A stretch of DNA of 64,000 nucleotides from a virus, in IMG/VR virus record IMGVR_UViG_3300043410_001708, positions 42,270-106,269 of that record. One strand, given 5' to 3'. The translations under genes and the position numbers were made by a program. The notes beneath the pieces were generated by a model. The model saw only the letters and a list, made by a program, of their open reading frames with translations, was not told the origin of the DNA and made no database searches. How positions within the stretch are numbered: the first letter of the stretch is position 1; every line of letters begins with the position of its first letter. Shown in pieces: positions 42,374-52,500 of this stretch.

Positions 42374-43393
42374 TTATTGGTTTGCTGCCTTGTTAATTGT
42401 CAAGACTTCATTTAATGTGTTATCAGCCATGGCTTCAACTTTATCAACAGTCATAAAGTCGATATCTGTAGAAACTCTACCAACAGAATCAACTTCAACA
42501 AATTTCAATGGGTTCAAGTTATAAGAAGTGAAGTTATAATTTGCTAAAGTATTAACACCGTATATAGGTTTATCGGACACAAAGTTTCCTGTTAGTTGTT
42601 TTAATCTTAGAATGTTGTCTGTGAATTGGACAACAATACCTGTTGCTGTTGTATCATCTGATGTATATCCCTGATATACCGTTTCACCAACTTTATAGGT
42701 ACCAAATCCGGAATCTAAATTCAAATAAAATTCGACAATATCTGTGTCTGTTATCAAATTGTAAACAGAAACAAATGCACGATTGATAACACCAGTTTCG
42801 GTTGTTTTTCCAAAAACAAAACCTTTGACTGTAAAATTCAAAGTCCAGATTATCATTCTGGTTTCTTTTTCTCTACCACCTTCATATGTTATTTCATGTG
42901 AAGTTGAATTTAAAATAACAGGTATTTCTTTAATGATACCCATTTCAGGAATTAAATTTAATTTAATTGTATAATCTGGTGTAAAATATGGTAATATGTG
43001 CTCAATGATTTGTGTACCATCTTCGATGTTTCTTACATAAATGTATAAATTGAAATCAAAATTGTATGGTACAGGATTATATTGTGCAATAACTCCAGTT
43101 GCTACATTTGTTCCTGCAAAATTTTTGATATTTGTATTTTGTTTTCTGCTAGAATCATATGTCAATCCTGCCATTTCAAATGACATTCTTGGTAAAGTTG
43201 TTTGAACTTTTTTATCTAAATTCAAATCTTCTTCTAAACGCATAACATATCGTTCTTTGCTTGCATATGCAATAGGAACAATAAATCTTTCAGATTCAGT
43301 ATTGTCTGGTTTGAATCGATATAGTGTTATGTTGTCAAAAAGATTGCCAAATCCAACAACTAATTTTCTGATGACACGGTTATATGTTGACAT
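42374..43393 (-). CDS. gp15: Tail terminator/sheath stabiliser
   Basis: FGNLF, VPIAY..KE, LPRMSFE, EQI/EHILPYF.P. Confidence 0.93.
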   Translation of the reverse strand: MSTYNRVIRKLVVGFGNLFDNITLYRFKPDNTESERFIVPIAYASKERYVMRLEEDLNLDKKVQTTLPRMSFEMAGLTYDSSRKQNTNIKNFAGTNVATGVIAQYNPVPYNFDFNLYIYVRNIEDGTQIIEHILPYFTPDYTIKLNLIPEMGIIKEIPVILNSTSHEITYEGGREKETRMIIWTLNFTVKGFVFGKTTETGVINRAFVSVYNLITDTDIVEFYLNLDSGFGTYKVGETVYQGYTSDDTTATGIVVQFTDNILRLKQLTGNFVSDKPIYGVNTLANYNFTSYNLNPLKFVEVDSVGRVSTDIDFMTVDKVEAMADNTLNEVLTINKAANQ

Positions 43394-44274
43394 TATATTT
43401 TTCCAAACGGATTAATTTCTGTAAAATCTATAATATTATCAGCCGAGTCGGACAAATATTCATTGTCATAAGCTTCATTCATGGTACTATCTTTTAATGG
43501 AATGTAAGATGACAAATAATAAGATGCATTACTTGTTGCACCAATGATTGCAACATTGTCCACAAATTCACCAGCAACATTTGTTACTTTCAATATGTCG
43601 TCAACTGTATTCCAAGATTGTACCATTGCAACGACAGTAGCATTTGCTTCTGTACCATCAGGTGATTGAAATACAATTTCTCTGGCTTCATATGTTCCTG
43701 TACCAATACCTGTGTTCAAATCAATTGTATAACTTGATTGAATCATTACATCATCAATATCTTCCACACCAGTATCGATAACTTCTTGTGAGTACTTGAA
43801 TTTCTCTAGTTCCAATTCATAGAAATAAGGAATCTTTCTACCCAACATAAAGAAGTCTTTGGTCTGGTTTGTGAATTTAATCTCAAACAATTCACCAGTA
43901 CCATTTAAGAATGGCACATAGACCAAATCACCTTCTCTTGGTCTATTGAATTTATCTTGTGGTACTCTTTGTGAGAAAGAACGTTTCGACAAAATGATGT
44001 TGACATTATTTTTAATCTCAAGTCCAAACTTTGAGAAGAATTCTCTTTCACCACCATACTCCATTGAACTGGATAGGTAAAATTCAATTGGAAATGCTGA
44101 ACTGAATTTCTTAATTGGATCTTCACCGTAAAGAATGTCTCTATCTTCTTCGTTTTCAATAGGTAAATAATAGGCATCAAAGCCCATAATCTTAATTGAT
44201 TCAACAATTAAGTCCTCAATTACTCTCTGCTCAGCAAGAGAGTTATAATTGTTGAAGTAGACACTGGTTGCCAT
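43393..44274 (-). CDS. gp14: Neck protein
   Basis: ESIKIMG.D.YYLP, SKFGL, RPREGDL, DFTE.NPFG. Confidence 0.93.
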   Translation of the reverse strand: MATSVYFNNYNSLAEQRVIEDLIVESIKIMGFDAYYLPIENEEDRDILYGEDPIKKFSSAFPIEFYLSSSMEYGGEREFFSKFGLEIKNNVNIILSKRSFSQRVPQDKFNRPREGDLVYVPFLNGTGELFEIKFTNQTKDFFMLGRKIPYFYELELEKFKYSQEVIDTGVEDIDDVMIQSSYTIDLNTGIGTGTYEAREIVFQSPDGTEANATVVAMVQSWNTVDDILKVTNVAGEFVDNVAIIGATSNASYYLSSYIPLKDSTMNEAYDNEYLSDSADNIIDFTEINPFGKI

Positions 44275-44275
44275 A

Positions 44276-45052
44276 TTAGTTCATAAACATTTCTAGTGGT
44301 GCACCGTACTTGTCACCGATTTCTGCGTGAAGTGCATCAATTTCTTCTTTTGCTTCGGCATAAATTTTATCACCATTCAACATAACACCACCAGGTAATT
44401 GAATGCCACTAAACTTTTTAAGGTTGTTGCCCCAAGAACGTTTAATAAGTGCTGTCGCATATTCTTTTAACCAACGGTCATTCCAAGCCTGTGTATAAAC
44501 ATCCGGATCAATCACCGCATAACATTCTGCAATAACTGTTGTACCAACTGGTGCTTCGCTGTGACCCCAAGCCCAATCAATATACAGTCTTTGCATGTGT
44601 CTTTGGAATCTAATAGGCACTTCACCAGAGAATAATTGTTCCAACATACGCAAATGTTGTAATGTCATGGTATAATTGATGTATGATGCAGATGTAAAAT
44701 CATACAATTCATTTAAACGTAGTTGATATCTCAAATCAAACATATTGACTTGAGATTGTGAATCAGAAATAGGAAATATTCTGGTAATACCAGCAATTTG
44801 TAATGCGTTGTTTGATGAATCTACTGCTTCTGATAGGTCCAAATATCTATTATCAACGTCCGTTTGGTCTAATTTTTTGATGTAATATACTTTTTGTAGG
44901 CCATCAAAATGATAATCTTGCCAGTATTGTAGTGCATCATCAATACGGTCTTCTACCTGGTCGTCATCAACGTTGATTTCGATTACTGGAAATCCTAGTC
45001 TACGCAGGCAATATTCTTTGAATGCCGTTCTTGTTGTGATTGTTTGCGCCAT
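44276..45052 (-). CDS. gp13: Neck protein
   Basis: YCLRRLG.PVIEINV..DQ..DRID, WLK.YATALIK..WG.NL.KF. Confidence 0.95.
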   Translation of the reverse strand: MAQTITTRTAFKEYCLRRLGFPVIEINVDDDQVEDRIDDALQYWQDYHFDGLQKVYYIKKLDQTDVDNRYLDLSEAVDSSNNALQIAGITRIFPISDSQSQVNMFDLRYQLRLNELYDFTSASYINYTMTLQHLRMLEQLFSGEVPIRFQRHMQRLYIDWAWGHSEAPVGTTVIAECYAVIDPDVYTQAWNDRWLKEYATALIKRSWGNNLKKFSGIQLPGGVMLNGDKIYAEAKEEIDALHAEIGDKYGAPLEMFMN

Positions 45053-45073
45053 TATATCCCCCTATAGGGATAT

Positions 45074-45487
45074 TTATGCTTCTGATTCCGTTGGCTCTAC
45101 GTATTCTACCCAAGAAAGTGTTTCTTCATTCCAGGTCCAGTAACCTTCTAATGGATATGGTACTGGTGGTATCAAATCGTGATTAATTTCATCTACTGTC
45201 CATGATGGATAAGGATTTGATGCAATCAAAGCATCTATCATTTCCTTTCTTTTTTCGTCTGAAATTTTATTGACAGTCCATACATCATAACAAATACCAT
45301 CAATTATTTTATATTCGGGTCCTTCAACCACTTCATCCCATTTAATAACTGGTTGTTCCACACGAACAAACTTACAATAATCTGGTGAATTGTCTAAGTC
45401 TATTTCAGGATAAACCATTTTCAAATTTGATTCAAACAAAGGATGATTTTTTGGTTCACCATTTTCAAGTTGTATGTATAAATTCAT
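45074..45487 (-). CDS. Hypothetical tail-fibre-associated protein
   Basis: PYPSW...PPVPYP...W.W.EETLSW motif. Confidence 0.6.
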   Translation of the reverse strand: MNLYIQLENGEPKNHPLFESNLKMVYPEIDLDNSPDYCKFVRVEQPVIKWDEVVEGPEYKIIDGICYDVWTVNKISDEKRKEMIDALIASNPYPSWTVDEINHDLIPPVPYPLEGYWTWNEETLSWVEYVEPTESEA

Positions 45488-45504
45488 TTCATTAACTCCT
45501 CAAA

Positions 45505-47574
45505 TTAAACATCTACAGTTGGTCCAGGATAAGTTGCTCTACCCCATGTAATTCTAACTGCACCAGGACCACCATTGCTTCTTCCTGCTGTATATGATCC
45601 TGCACCGCCACCACCGCCACCATAAGTTCCTCCTGTGCCGGTTGAGTTTGGTGCTGAACCATCTGTACCACCGCTGCCGCCAAAACCTTGAGCAGTAACT
45701 GTTGGACCAGCCGTATTAGTGAAGTTGTCTATATTTGGATCTTTACCCCAACCAAAAAGACCAACGCCGCCGCCACCTGCACCAACACCTAAAGCGGTTG
45801 CACCACTATTTGCACCACTCGCACCTGATCCTGGAAAAGCAGTTAAACCACCAGTTGCGGGATAGGCTCCGTTTGCCGCACTACCGCTTGTGTTCGATGC
45901 ATTTGCCCCGTTACCACCATAACCTGCAGCACCGCCGCCACCTTGGCCTCGACCGGTAGTTGCAGTTGTTCCTTGGCCACCTGTTCCACCACTATATGAT
46001 GCGCTTCCTAAATTTGTACCAGGAACACTTGCGGTTCCACCAGAACTTGCTGAAGCTGCTGTACCACTATTTGTTCCGCCTGTGGCGCTCATCAATAGTT
46101 GTGTGCCTGTTATTGTTATTGGACTGGTTATTGAACCTACTGTTTGAGAGGTACCGACCGTGTATGTTCCAACTTTACCATATTCACCTGTTTGAAATGC
46201 ATTTATAGTTGTTGAAGTTACGCCAGAACCAGTTATAGTTAGTCCTGTTGTTATTCGTCCTGAAGTAACTTCTGTTATATGTAAACTAGTTCCTGAAATG
46301 AATCCTTTGAAAGAAACATTTCGTGTTATGCTACTAGTTCCACCGTTTGTCCATAAGTTTACACCTGTTGAAGCGCCAGCAGCACCCGCCACTACAGTAA
46401 ATGTTTCACCGGGAACACATTCAAATCCTGCCCAACACAATCCTGCTCCGCCACCTCCAGTTTTTCCTGTTGTTGAATTGCTTTGTAAACCTGGTCCACC
46501 GCCACCAATACAGACTGCGGAAAAGTTATATATTCCGGCCGGCACAACCCATGAATAAGAACCTGCTGTTGTATAGCTTTGTTGACTTGTAGCTACTGAG
46601 GTATCGGTTGTATCAACGTTACCTGCTCCATATGAAGGAAATTGTCTACCGTCTCCCCATATTATTCTTACGCATCCTCTTGCACCAAATCCAGCAGCAG
46701 TGCCTGGGTTACCACTGCAACCACCTCCACCACCTCCACCAAATAGTCCTCCATGACATCCATTACCTCCAGCAGCCCATTGATTGGGTATGCGAACTAG
46801 AATAGACAAATAAGAAGCGGATGGTAAACCACTAGAACCACCAACACCAGATTGCCTAGCCCCTGTTGCTGCTGTGCTGTTGCTACCTTGGCCCCAAGGT
46901 CCTGTTCCTCCTCCGCCGCCGCTAGGACCGCTAATTGATCCTACACCTCCGCTACCTCCACCAGTTGTTTCTGCTGTACTTGTGCCTGTGTTGTTGACTC
47001 CATTTGATCCTAAGTTGGAACCACCATTACCATATCCACCTGCTCCACCGCCACCACTACTTCTTTCACTTGATGTAGCTGAGGTTGTTGTAGAAAAACC
47101 TCCAAAACCAACATCGGCCGAAAATCGTCCAACAATATTATACCAAGAATTTGTAGTAACACCCCAACTGTAGGTGCCATTTTTACCACTGGTTGCACTG
47201 ACACCAATGACTCCGCCACCACCGCCTGGAGCACTTAACATTCTTACACCATTTTGTAAAATATATGATTCTCCACCAGCACCACCAGTTTGACCTGTAG
47301 CTTGGCCGCCGGAACCTCCACCGCCAACCACAATTGTTAGTATTTCTCCAGGTGTAACAGACATGACGTTACCATAAATTAAATCGCCACCAGAACCACC
47401 CGTTGATGGTGCTGTTGTAGAAGATGCGCCGCCGCCACCGCCGCCAATACAAACTGCTGAAATTGCAAAAACACCTCTAGGTACTATCCAAGAAAATGAT
47501 CCGGAATTAGAAGTCCATTCTGCTTGACCGGGTGGTGCTTTGTACTTATCAGCTTTAATTAAACTAATAGACAT
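45505..47574 (-). CDS. Glycine-rich virion protein with two repeated domains
   Basis: Two copies of SW.VP.G....SAVCIGGGG...PGE..T.V.G and G.VRI.WG ends. Confidence 0.75.
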   Translation of the reverse strand: MSISLIKADKYKAPPGQAEWTSNSGSFSWIVPRGVFAISAVCIGGGGGGASSTTAPSTGGSGGDLIYGNVMSVTPGEILTIVVGGGGSGGQATGQTGGAGGESYILQNGVRMLSAPGGGGGVIGVSATSGKNGTYSWGVTTNSWYNIVGRFSADVGFGGFSTTTSATSSERSSGGGGAGGYGNGGSNLGSNGVNNTGTSTAETTGGGSGGVGSISGPSGGGGGTGPWGQGSNSTAATGARQSGVGGSSGLPSASYLSILVRIPNQWAAGGNGCHGGLFGGGGGGGCSGNPGTAAGFGARGCVRIIWGDGRQFPSYGAGNVDTTDTSVATSQQSYTTAGSYSWVVPAGIYNFSAVCIGGGGPGLQSNSTTGKTGGGGAGLCWAGFECVPGETFTVVAGAAGASTGVNLWTNGGTSSITRNVSFKGFISGTSLHITEVTSGRITTGLTITGSGVTSTTINAFQTGEYGKVGTYTVGTSQTVGSITSPITITGTQLLMSATGGTNSGTAASASSGGTASVPGTNLGSASYSGGTGGQGTTATTGRGQGGGGAAGYGGNGANASNTSGSAANGAYPATGGLTAFPGSGASGANSGATALGVGAGGGGVGLFGWGKDPNIDNFTNTAGPTVTAQGFGGSGGTDGSAPNSTGTGGTYGGGGGGAGSYTAGRSNGGPGAVRITWGRATYPGPTVDV

Positions 47575-47576
47575 AA

Positions 47577-49502
47577 TTAATCATTATAATAAAAAACAAC
47601 TTTCAATCCTTTTGCACCAGTACCAGCAGAAAGAATATCAACGGTGATTTCAGCATCATCAGATACCGCTGTTGTTACTAATGTTGTTGCTGTTACAGCA
47701 GTTGTGCTGGTTTTTTCTGTTGCATCTATTGTTAATTTATTTGTACCAAGAATTGTTGTACCTGACAATTTTATATCAACGTTAACTAAACCTGATGTTG
47801 ATGCAACATTGAGTGTTGCTCTTGGTATAGAAGTTAATGTCAATGCAGAAGGTGCTCTGAATGATGCTCTAGCGGAACCAACTGTTAAATTTGTTGATTC
47901 ATCAACAACAGAAAGAATCAACATCTCAGAATTTGCTTTTGAGAATGCTGCGTTAGCTTGTGCTCTTGCCCATGTATCTGTACCACCACCAGAACCTGCG
48001 TTGGCTGTGTATTGTGTGGTACCATCAGCAAATGTTAATCCGTTGGCGGTTGAACCCGTTATCCTTATCATACCTGAATAAACGTTACCAACAACACCCA
48101 AACCACCAGTAATTTGTACAGCACCACTTGTGTTTGAAACAGCAGTGTTTGCACTTGTTACTACCAAATTTCCTGTTATTACAGTATTACCTGTAACTGT
48201 TCCACCAACGTTTGCACTTAAAGAATTATTTGCTCTGGTGTAGGCCGCATTTGCTTGTACAAAAGCCGCATTTGATTGTGCTCTAGCAAATGTATCCGGT
48301 ACGTTGGCTGTGTATTGTGTGGTACCATCAGCAAATGTTAATCCATTCGCAGTTGAACCGGTTATTACAATTAAACCTGAATATAAATTACCAACAACAC
48401 CTAAACCACCAGTAATTGTCAATGCACCGCTTGTATTTGATATGGCCGTGGTTGTATTTGTAACCACCAAGTTGCCGGTAATTACTGTATTGCCTGTTAT
48501 GGTACCACCAGATTTTGGTAATGCATTGTTGGCTGTAGTAAAAGCACCATTGGCAAATGATGCTGCTGAGTTGGCAGTTAGAAAGGCACCATTAGCAAAA
48601 CTTGCTGCTGAATTTGCTGTAGAATAAGCTGCGTTGGAATTATTTCTTACCCAAGAATCGGTAGCATTATTAGCAGTATTGTAGGCCGCATTGGCTCTAT
48701 CGAAAGCACCGTTTGCAGTATCTCTAGCCCACGAATCGGATACTGAACCTCCACCACTATTTGCGGTATTGTATGCTGCATTAGCACGGTCAAAAGCTGA
48801 ATTGGCAAAATTTTGAGCTAATGTGATATTTGTATTTTGCGTTAAGTCAACACCTTGAATAGTTATGGTATTAGACGATGCACTATTGGCCATCAAAAAA
48901 GCACCATTAGCAAAATCAGCTGCTGAGTTGGCTGTTATAAAGGCACTATTAGCAAATGATTGTGCTGATGCAATATTAGTGTTCTGTGTCGAATCAACAC
49001 CTTGAGTAACTACTGTATTTGATGAAGCACTATTAGCCACCAAGAAGGCGCCATTGGCAAATAAACCTGCTGAGTTTGCAGTATCATAAGCATTATTGGC
49101 CTGTGTTCTTACCCATGAATCGGTAGCATTATTAGCGGTATTATAAGCCGCATTAGCTCTATCAAAAGCACCATTTGCAAATAAACCTGCTGAGTTTGCA
49201 GTGTCATAGGCATTGTTTGCTTGTGTTCTTACCCATGAATCGGTAGCATTATTAGCTGTGTTGTATGCTGCATTTGCTCTATCAAAAGCACCGTTAGCAA
49301 AAGAGGCTGCTGAATTTGCAGTAATGAATGCTGCATTAGATGTATCTCTAGCCCATGAGTCTGCACCGCCACCAGTATTTGCTTGTGAAAAAGCAGCATT
49401 AGCCTGTGCAAACGCAGCATTAGCCTTTGCGTATGCAGAAGGTACCAAAGAAGAAAAATCTTTAGTTGAATCTAGTCTTGATGGAGGTACTTGTGTTGAC
49501 AT
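47577..49502 (-). CDS. Fibre protein with AN(G/A/S)AF..AN repeats
   Basis: Heptad-like Ala/Asn repeats and GAL...GG.GV.GN modules. Confidence 0.75.
   Translation of the reverse strand: MSTQVPPSRLDSTKDFSSLVPSAYAKANAAFAQANAAFSQANTGGGADSWARDTSNAAFITANSAASFANGAFDRANAAYNTANNATDSWVRTQANNAYDTANSAGLFANGAFDRANAAYNTANNATDSWVRTQANNAYDTANSAGLFANGAFLVANSASSNTVVTQGVDSTQNTNIASAQSFANSAFITANSAADFANGAFLMANSASSNTITIQGVDLTQNTNITLAQNFANSAFDRANAAYNTANSGGGSVSDSWARDTANGAFDRANAAYNTANNATDSWVRNNSNAAYSTANSAASFANGAFLTANSAASFANGAFTTANNALPKSGGTITGNTVITGNLVVTNTTTAISNTSGALTITGGLGVVGNLYSGLIVITGSTANGLTFADGTTQYTANVPDTFARAQSNAAFVQANAAYTRANNSLSANVGGTVTGNTVITGNLVVTSANTAVSNTSGAVQITGGLGVVGNVYSGMIRITGSTANGLTFADGTTQYTANAGSGGGTDTWARAQANAAFSKANSEMLILSVVDESTNLTVGSARASFRAPSALTLTSIPRATLNVASTSGLVNVDIKLSGTTILGTNKLTIDATEKTSTTAVTATTLVTTAVSDDAEITVDILSAGTGAKGLKVVFYYND
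49051..49290. repeat. 120-bp tandem coding repeat (two copies)
   Basis: Two adjacent units encoding the same 40 aa with many synonymous differences. Confidence 0.85.
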
Positions 49503-49525
49503 TAATTATAGCCTTTTTATACTAT

Positions 49526-52500
49526 TTATTTGATATCATATGGCGTTGTCGGTACACTTATGGTTCTCGCATATCCGTTTGTCACTCTTAAATCTGCAAT
49601 GTAACCAATAATTCCATAACCGGCAGTTTGATTATCTTTTGAACCGCCTGCGTAAATTGAACCACTTGTGATATTACCTACTTGTACGCCAGAAACAGTA
49701 GCAGTTCCTCCAGCATTACCATTGACATAGAATGTCACAGTTGAACCACTACGTACCCAAGCAACATGTGTCCATTGATTATGAGTTATTGTTGTTGTTC
49801 CGTAATAACTTGTGCCGTTATAATATTCCATTCTGTAAGAACCTGACACGGGACTTGCTAAAGGTGATAATTTGAACACCATTGGATTAGCTGTACCACC
49901 AGCCTGTCTACTATCCCAAATACCCCAATGTGTCACAGTTGCATCCGATGGATACACCCAACATTCAAATGTAAAATCTCCACTAAATTTTACAAGACTT
50001 GGTTGTGGTCTTATACCAAGGTAGTCACCTTTTGCTGGAAAATATGCAGAGGTAAATCTTGATGTATTATTGGCTGCAAAAGGTTGTATTGTAGAAATTC
50101 TTGCATCGCCCGCTTTAGTAATAGTAAATGCGTTGGTCGACTTGTCAACAAAACTATTTGATTGGCAGGTCAATAGACTGGTGCCAGAAATTGCTGTGAG
50201 TGGTGAAGTTGGTGGAGTTGTATTTGCAGTGTATAATGCGGTGCCTTTTAATAATCTATAGTTACTCATGTATCCAGTAAAAAATTCACTATTATTATGT
50301 GCTGCCATACCAATTGTAACAGTGGCCGTTGCAGGAGAAATACTACTAGAATCAGTAAATGTACTACCAAGTCTATTGCCATTTACATAAAATGTACAAG
50401 TAGATCCATTTCTAACTAATGCAATATGATTCCAAGCATTTTGTGTAAGCCCGGTTGTTGTGATTAAACGTTGTGTACCATTAGTATAAATTTCAATACC
50501 AGTAGTTGCTGCGGATCTAATCAATAATCCTGTTAAATAGGTACCAATGTTCAAAATATTATTAGTATTAATTGAACCTAGTGCAGTTGGATATATCCAA
50601 GTTTCGAATGTATAATCTCCAGTTCCTAGTTGAAAAGCAGTATTTGAAGCAACGGTTAAATAATCCCCAGTACCATCAAAGTAACCACTGTATGTATCAT
50701 AGTATGGAGAATTATTGGCCACTGCTACAGCAGTGTTTCCATTTTCAATGTTATTGATTCTTGTTACATCTGTTATAGGTGATCCACCTAATGTGCTACC
50801 TAACAATAGTGTGGTATTTGCTATTGAAGTTAATGTTTTAGTTGGTGGTGTAAAACTTGTATTTGAACTATAAAGTGCTGTACCATTAAGTACTCTAACA
50901 CTATTCATATATCCAGTAAAATAATCGTTTGGTGTATTATTATAATATCCAACTCTTGGTGCTGATTGCATTATGGATGATGTGTAACTTGTAAATACCA
51001 CATCAACCACACCATTTAAAAATACTCTAAGTGTATTACTTGCATCTCTAGTTACTGCAACGTGATTCCATTGATATGGTACTATTGTTGTTGCTCCAGT
51101 AATATTACCTGCTGTTCCGTGTGATACTGTTAGTTTATTAGCGGTAGATATGTTAATGGTCCATCTGTTGGCATCAGATGTTGTATATTGAGAGTAAAAT
51201 ATTTGTGCAGTTGCACCGTTAATTTTTGTAGTATAAAACCATGCTTCAAATGTAAATTGACCTGTAGCTGATATTGGTATACCAGAAACACTTAAAAAAT
51301 CCGCAGTAGTGGTACCACCAAAATATATACTGCTTCCAAATGTGTTTGCTGAATAATCCGAAACAGCGCTTGGATTTGTTATTGTGAATGAACTAAAAGG
51401 ACTAAATTTTGAAATGGCAGAATCGCCATTTCTAGTAATTGTAAGTGCATTATTTGAGTTGTCTATGAATTGATTTGATTGACAAGTCAATAATACTGTG
51501 TTAGCCACTGCTGTAAGTGGTGTAATAGAAGGTGTTGTATTTGATGTATATAATCCAGTACCATTAGTAATACGTAAATTTGAAATAAACATATTTTGTG
51601 GCGAAAGGCCTGCATAATCTGCTGCTATACCCAAATTTGTACCTGAAGCTGCTGCCAAAGTAACACTAATTGAGGCTGAGGTATTTAATACTCCATTAAT
51701 ATATAATGATAATGTGTTACCGGATCTAACTGCGGCCACATGAGTCCAAGTATTAAGTGCATATGCATTTGAACTACTAGTAAGATTAGTAGTGGAACCT
51801 GCGCCCGTACCATAATAACGAAAAACAATACTAAATGTTCCGCCGACACCACCTCTCAACGACCATGATGAATTTGAACTTGAGGGTAAACTTTCTCTAT
51901 AGATACCAACAATTGGGCTAAGAGTCAATTCAGCTATAGGATATATCCAGCATTCAACTGTGAAATCATTGGAACCAAAAAGAAATTGATTAAATGGTAC
52001 AGTTAAATAATCTCCAGTACCATCAAAGTAATTACTCCATGAAGTGCCAAATGGTGTGAATGATCCTGTACTTGGAATTCCGTTTTTTGTAATTATGTTA
52101 TTAAAGTTACTTTCATCAATAAATGATTTTGTATTTGAAGAAAGGGATGTTTGTGTTGTCAACAACACTGTATTGGCCACAGGTGTCAATGGTGACCAAG
52201 AAGGAACAAAAGCAGATGTATATAATGCGGTGCCTTTTGTTATACGAACATTAGAAATGTAACCAGTAAGATAGTTTGCTCCAGGATTGTTTGCTCCAAT
52301 TGTCAATGGTCTTGTATTATTACCCATTGTAACGGTGATAGCGGTCGGCCCAACAACTAAAGCACCATTTAAATAAATTGATAAATTGTTTCCATTGCGA
52401 ACCATAGCAACATGGTTCCATGTATTAAGTGATGCTACTGCTGTTGAAATAAAGTTTTGGTTTCCTGTTGAACTTGTTGCAGGACTTAATACTCCTTGAA